Source of the DNA: Bigelowiella natans CCMP2755
Lineage: Eukaryota > Protista > Cercozoa
Direction of reading: 5' to 3'
Length of the DNA stretch: 64,000 bases
NCBI GenBank assembly: GCA_000320545.1
Contig: ADNK01000266.1
Coordinates: 62,001-126,000 of the forward strand
Of the stretch, positions 58,901 through 64,000 are shown in pieces. The position numbers were made by a program, and so were the translations under genes. Under the pieces are notes generated by a model. That model was not told the origin of the DNA and searched no databases. It was given only the letters and a program-made list of their open reading frames with translations. How positions within the stretch are numbered: position 1 is the first letter of the stretch; each line of letters opens with the position of its first letter.

Positions 58901-61900
58901 TAAGGTGAAACAACTCTCAAAGCGCTTCCAGCCTTACGACGATCTATGGTCAACGACTCACTCTTGGAAAGTGTGCAAGAGCGCCTGGTACTGCGGACCA
59001 TTTATGAAACTTGACCCAGATGTTGTTGCCGAAAAACATCAGAAATTCGAGAAGACGATGAAGAAGTGCACAAAGGTGAAGATCATCAAGGAGAATGATG
59101 GCCTATCAGAGATTGCAAGCACAATCCAAGCCGAAATAAAACAATTCAAACCTCTTTTGCCACTCGTAACCAATCTCCGGCACCAAGGTATGCGTGAGCG
59201 CCACTGGCAAAAGCTTTCTAAGGATCTCGACATAAAGCTCAACCCAGATGAAAACATACGCTTGACCGACCTTACTGAGACTTTCAAACTCAATGAGCAC
59301 ACTGAAAGGGTTACTGAGTTAGGCGAGACTTGCATGCGTGAATATTCTATCGAAATCTCCCTCAAGCAGATGAAGGATTCCTGGGAACCTATCAAGTTTA
59401 CTCTAGGGCCTCATGAGGCATCGAAATCATATATTCTAAAAGATACAGAGGACATAACGAATCAACTCGACGAACACATTGTGCAAACGCAGGCAATGAC
59501 GTTCTCGTCCTTCAAAAAAGTATTTGAGGAAGAAATTAATGCCTGGAATGATCGTCTTCGCATGGCCACGGATGTGATCGAACAGTGGCTTATCTTGCAG
59601 AGGAATTGGATGTCCCTCCAGCCTATCTTTGCATCCCCCGACATTCGTAAGCAACTTCCCAAGGAAGACAAAAAGTTTAGATCCGTGGATAAGCTGTGGC
59701 GAGTGACAATGGGACAGGTGAAGATCAAGTCGGCTGTTCTCGAATTTTGTGATAATGCGACTCTGAGAGACAAGATGACGAACGCCAATATGGTCCTTGA
59801 TCAAGTGCAGAAGGCGCTCGCACAGTATCTTAATACCAAGAGGGCTGCTTTTGCACGATTTTATTTCCTCTCTGATGACGAGCTTCTTGGCATTTTGTCG
59901 AAGGTGGGAAGAGATCCAACACGAATACAGCCTTTCATCAGTAAGGTGTTTGAGAACATTGCCAAGCTTGACTTTGGCAAGCACTACTCCATTACTGGGA
60001 TGAAATCGGCAAAGGGGGAGTGTGTTAAATTTGTAGAGCCAGTAGATCCCCGCGACCGTGAGGTTGAGGACTGGCTCTCGGAAATCCGAGACCAAATGCG
60101 GGAAACAATGCGCTTCAGATTTAAGACTGCTATTGCTGATTACAAAGAACGAAAAAGGAATGACTGGATTGCTCGTGTTGGTCATCCTGGGCAATGTGTG
60201 CTGCAAGGATCTCAAGTGAGGTGGACCATAGAGGTTGAAGAGGCCTTTGACAATGGAGGCTTCAAAGGCATCACAGAATACTTCAAATCTCTCGAAAAGC
60301 AGCTCATGGGCACCGTCGCTCTTGCTCGTGAAAAGCTGAAGAAACTCGTACGTAAGATCCTAGGACCACTCATTGTCCTCGACGTCCACGCCAAAGACGT
60401 TGTTGAAGGCTTGGTCGAGGAGAAGTGCGGCAGTAAGATCGATTTCCCTTGGATTAGGCAGATGCGGTACTACATACAGGATACCAATCCCATGAATGAT
60501 GACCAGGAAGAGCAGTACGGACAGATCATGGTGGAGATGACAAAGTCTCGTTTTCCGATGTGCTACGAGTACATCGGCAACTCTGGTCGCCTGGTCATCA
60601 CTCCGCTTACAGATCGTTGCTACATGACTCTGATGACAGCATTGCAGCTGCATCTTGGCGGAGCACCTGCTGGACCTGCCGGTACAGGGAAGACCGAAAC
60701 AGTCAAAGATTTAGCAAAAGCTTGTGCAAAATTCTGTGTGGTCTTCAATTGTTCAGATGGTATGGACTGCAAAATGACCGGAAAGTTCTTTCGTGGTCTA
60801 GCAATGGCGGGTGCTTGGGCGTGTTTTGATGAGTTCAACCGAATTAACCTTGAGGTGCTTTCCGTCGTCGCCCAACAAGTCTCATCCATTTGGGGAGCTA
60901 TTCGTGGAGGCCTAAAGACTTTCAATTTTGAGGACACGATGATCTCTCTCGACCCAACATGTTGTGCATTCATCACTATGAACCCCGGATATGCAGGTCG
61001 TTCCGAACTCCCCGACAACTTAGCAGCCTTGTTCAGGCCAGTAGCTATGATGGTTCCCGATTACGCTATGATCGCAGAAATTATGCTGTATTCGTTTGGT
61101 TTTAATGGGGCTAAGTCCCTGGCAAAAAAGATGGTTTCAACATTTACTTTGTGTTCCGAGCAGCTCTCCTCCCAATGTCACTATGACTACGGTATGCGTG
61201 CAGTCTTCTCCGTTATTATTCGAGCTGGTTTGCTCAAAGGAATGAAGCCAAATGAAGATGAGGGAATCCTCGTACTTTCAGCTCTCATTGATGTCAATGC
61301 TCCCAAATTCTTACCTCAAGATCTACCACTGTTTGAGGGTATTATTGGGGATCTGTTCCCTGGCCTCAAGAAACCAGCTCAGGACTACGGAGCGTTGATG
61401 GAAAAGATGATAGAAACTTCAGACGAGATGAACTTACAGCCCGTCGAAGCTTTCACCAAGAAATGCATTGAGTTATACGAAACCACCGTAGTCCGCCATG
61501 GTTTAATGCTTGTTGGTCCTACTGGAGGAGGTAAGACCAGCGTCGCGCGCGTATTATCAAAATCGATGACGAAGTTGGAAGAAATGGAGGAGTTCTCTAC
61601 CGTAGATGTTAAAGTTCTCAACCCCAAGGCAATCACAATGGGACAGCTTTATGGAGAGAACGATCCCATCACTACCGAATGGACTGATGGAGTTCTTGCC
61701 AAGATCATCAGGCAATGCGTGGCTGATGTCGAGGACGAACATACGAAATGGGTCATGTTTGACGGACCTGTAGATGCAATTTGGATCGAGAACATGAATA
61801 CAGTTTTGGACGATAACAAAAAATTATGTCTCGTGTCTGGGGAAATTCTTGCGCTAACCCCGTACATGCGTATGATCTTTGAAGTAGAGGATCTCGAGGT

Positions 61901-64000
61901 TGCCTCCCCTGCTACAGTGTCGCGTTGTGGTATGGTGTACTTAGAACCTTCTGCACTTGGAATGACACCTCTTGTTGACTCATATGTTAAAGGATTGGGG
62001 AAAAAGAACGAATTGCTTGCGGTCCTTGCGCAACCACTGAAGACTCTCTTTGATCAATTTCTCGACGAATCTGTTGATTTCATGCGACGGAATCTTAAAG
62101 AACCAGTGCCATCCACCAACTCGGCAATGGCAAAGAGTTGTTTTGCACTAATCGATGCCCTTCTCCTTCCATATGTGCCTCTCGTGGATGGAAAGTATCT
62201 AGTGAAAGCAGACGATATGCCTCATTTAGTTGAACACATCGCTTCCTGCTTCATACAAGGCCTTGTGTGGGCAGTTGGCGGTACGACCGATCAAGCTGGT
62301 CGCGAGAAGTTCAATGAGTTTTTGAGAGGAAAGTTTGCAGAGAAGAAATGTGAAGGCGTCCCACCAGAGGATCACAGCTTGTATGACTACAACTTCAATC
62401 TTAGGAAGGGCGAGTGGGAGACTTGGATGCAAAACGAACAAAAATTTGAGGTTAAACAAGACCTCGAGTTTTCACAGATTATCGTTCCTACCATCGATTC
62501 AGTTCGCTACTCCCGTATTCTTGCTATGCTTGTGGACAACAACACACATGTCTTATTCACTGGAGATACTGGTACTGGAAAAACGGTCAACGTGAATCAG
62601 TACCTCGCAGGCCCTTTGAAGAGGGAAGAGTACAGTCCAGTCAATATCATTTTTTCGGCCGCAACATCTGCCAACCAGGTGGATGATTTCTTGACTGAAA
62701 AGCTAGAGAAACGTCGTTCGACTGTGTACGGTGCCCCGCTCGGAAAGCGATTCCTTGTGTTTGTTGATGACTTCAACATGCCGATGCGCGAAGAATATTT
62801 CGCCCAACCTCCAATCGAGTTCCTGAGGCAATGGATGGACCATTCTGGTTGGTATCTTCGAGCTGATCAAAGAGCCCTTCCGTTTATCAACGTACTTGAT
62901 ATCCAATTCATCGGTGCAATGGGTCCTCCAGGTGGTGGAAGGCAGCCAGTCACAGCTAGGATGCTAAGACATTTCACCCAAATAGCACACACTCTGCTGG
63001 TGGACAGCAGTAAGAAAATGATATTTGGAACCATATGCCATGCAAGATTCGAAGGTTTCAATAAGGAGGTGACAAGTATGGTGGATAAGATCGTTGACTC
63101 TACCATAGAGATATACAACACCATTGCCAGGGACTTGTTGCCTACTCCTGAGAAATCCCACTATACTTTCAACCTGCGAGATCTTTCAAAGGTGTTCCAA
63201 GGTGTATTGCAGTGCCAATCTTCCAAGTTATCCAAAGCAGACCAACTTGTGCGCTTGTGGGTTCACGAGTGCCGGAGAGTGTTTGGAGATCGCCTGATTA
63301 ACACCCAAGACCGAAAATGGCTGGATGATACGCTTGGTGATATTGCGAAACGACAGATGGACAAGGAGTGGGATAGCTTCATGATATATGAGCGATTGAT
63401 TTGCGGTGACTTCCTTGGTGGACCTGATGGCGGGGAAAGGATTTATCACGAAGCCGAAGACCTGAAGCAAACTCGCAAAATTGTTGAAGAATTTTTGGAG
63501 CTCTATAACGATGACAGCAAGAACCCCATGAAGCTTGTCCTTTTCCTCGATGCTATAGAGCATGTAGCACGAATCACCCGTATCATCAGACAGCCTGGTG
63601 GCAATGCTTTGCTTCTGGGTGTGGGTGGTTCGGGAAGGAGTAGTTTGACAAAGCTTGCCACTTATATGGCTGAGTATGATGTGTACCAGATTGAAATTTC
63701 TAAAGGATACGATCGTAACAAATGGCATGAAAATCTCAAGGAGATGTTTATGACGAAAGCGTTAAAAAACATCCCGACTGTATTCTTGTACTCTGACACG
63801 CAGATACTGATGGAAAGCATGCTTGAGGATGTGAATAATATTCTAAACTCCGGAGAAGTGCCAAACCTAATCGATAAGGAGGACTTTGAGGACATATACA
63901 AGGAGTGCAAAAATGATTGCCTCGATAAGGATATTGAACCGACCCCCCTCAACGTCTACTCGCAGTTCATACTTCGCGTGAAAAAGAACATCCACGTTGT
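55942..64000 (+). CDS. DNAH1: Axonemal inner-arm dynein heavy chain, DNAH1-like, 3'-partial. Exons 55942-56947, 57077-57169, 57295 to the window end
   Basis: N-terminal PGKPPRRVEVERKKRLY..LPLQLFEN resembles DNAH1. P-loops: AAA1 GPAGTGKTETVKDL (about 60673), AAA2 GPTGGGKT (about 61515), AAA3 GDTGTGKT (about 62561), AAA4 GVGGSGRSSL (about 63618). The subtype call is by recollection. Confidence 0.9.

Noticed and set aside
57687-63952. Numerous minus-strand ORFs (for example 59436-60215, 259 aa)
   Set aside because: Antisense shadows of the dynein exon, with no recognisable motifs.

Overview
Eukaryotic nuclear DNA, gene-dense, with short GT-AG introns that are often filled with microsatellites. 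The style and gene set suggest a flagellated protist, possibly a chlorarachniophyte/rhizarian (inference only). About 17 genes can be read: an unknown multi-exon gene, a divergent intronless eIF4A, a divergent di-ubiquitin lacking the GG ends, a CX5R phosphatase with an EF-hand-like tail, a tyrosine-phosphatase/NAD(P)HX-epimerase fusion, a NOXRED1-like gene, a small membrane ORF, a disrupted REJ-GPS-TM-PDZ (PKD1-like) gene, an XBP1/HAC1/bZIP60-like bZIP, a MOV10/UPF1-like helicase relic, a YnbD-like dual-specificity phosphatase, a multi-EF-hand gene, a membrane-anchored 3xKH protein, a DUF819 membrane protein, DDI1, a mitochondrial EF-hand protein and the 5' part of an axonemal dynein heavy chain (DNAH1-like). 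One young 4352-bp Ty3/gypsy-type LTR element is present (14453-18804). The strongest leads are: (1) a twin-hairpin CAGCAGA/CAGCAGA structure in the bZIP gene that predicts an IRE1-type unconventional 26-nt intron, with a frameshift swapping a hydrophobic tail for an acidic one; (2) the phosphatase-epimerase fusion; (3) an RT-less LTR element whose integrase carries a degenerate Dam/DIRS-type methyltransferase-like domain; (4) a degenerate repeat family found at gene 3' ends and not at divergent promoters. All homology calls are by eye from motifs; no searches were run. Exon boundaries of multi-exon genes are approximate.
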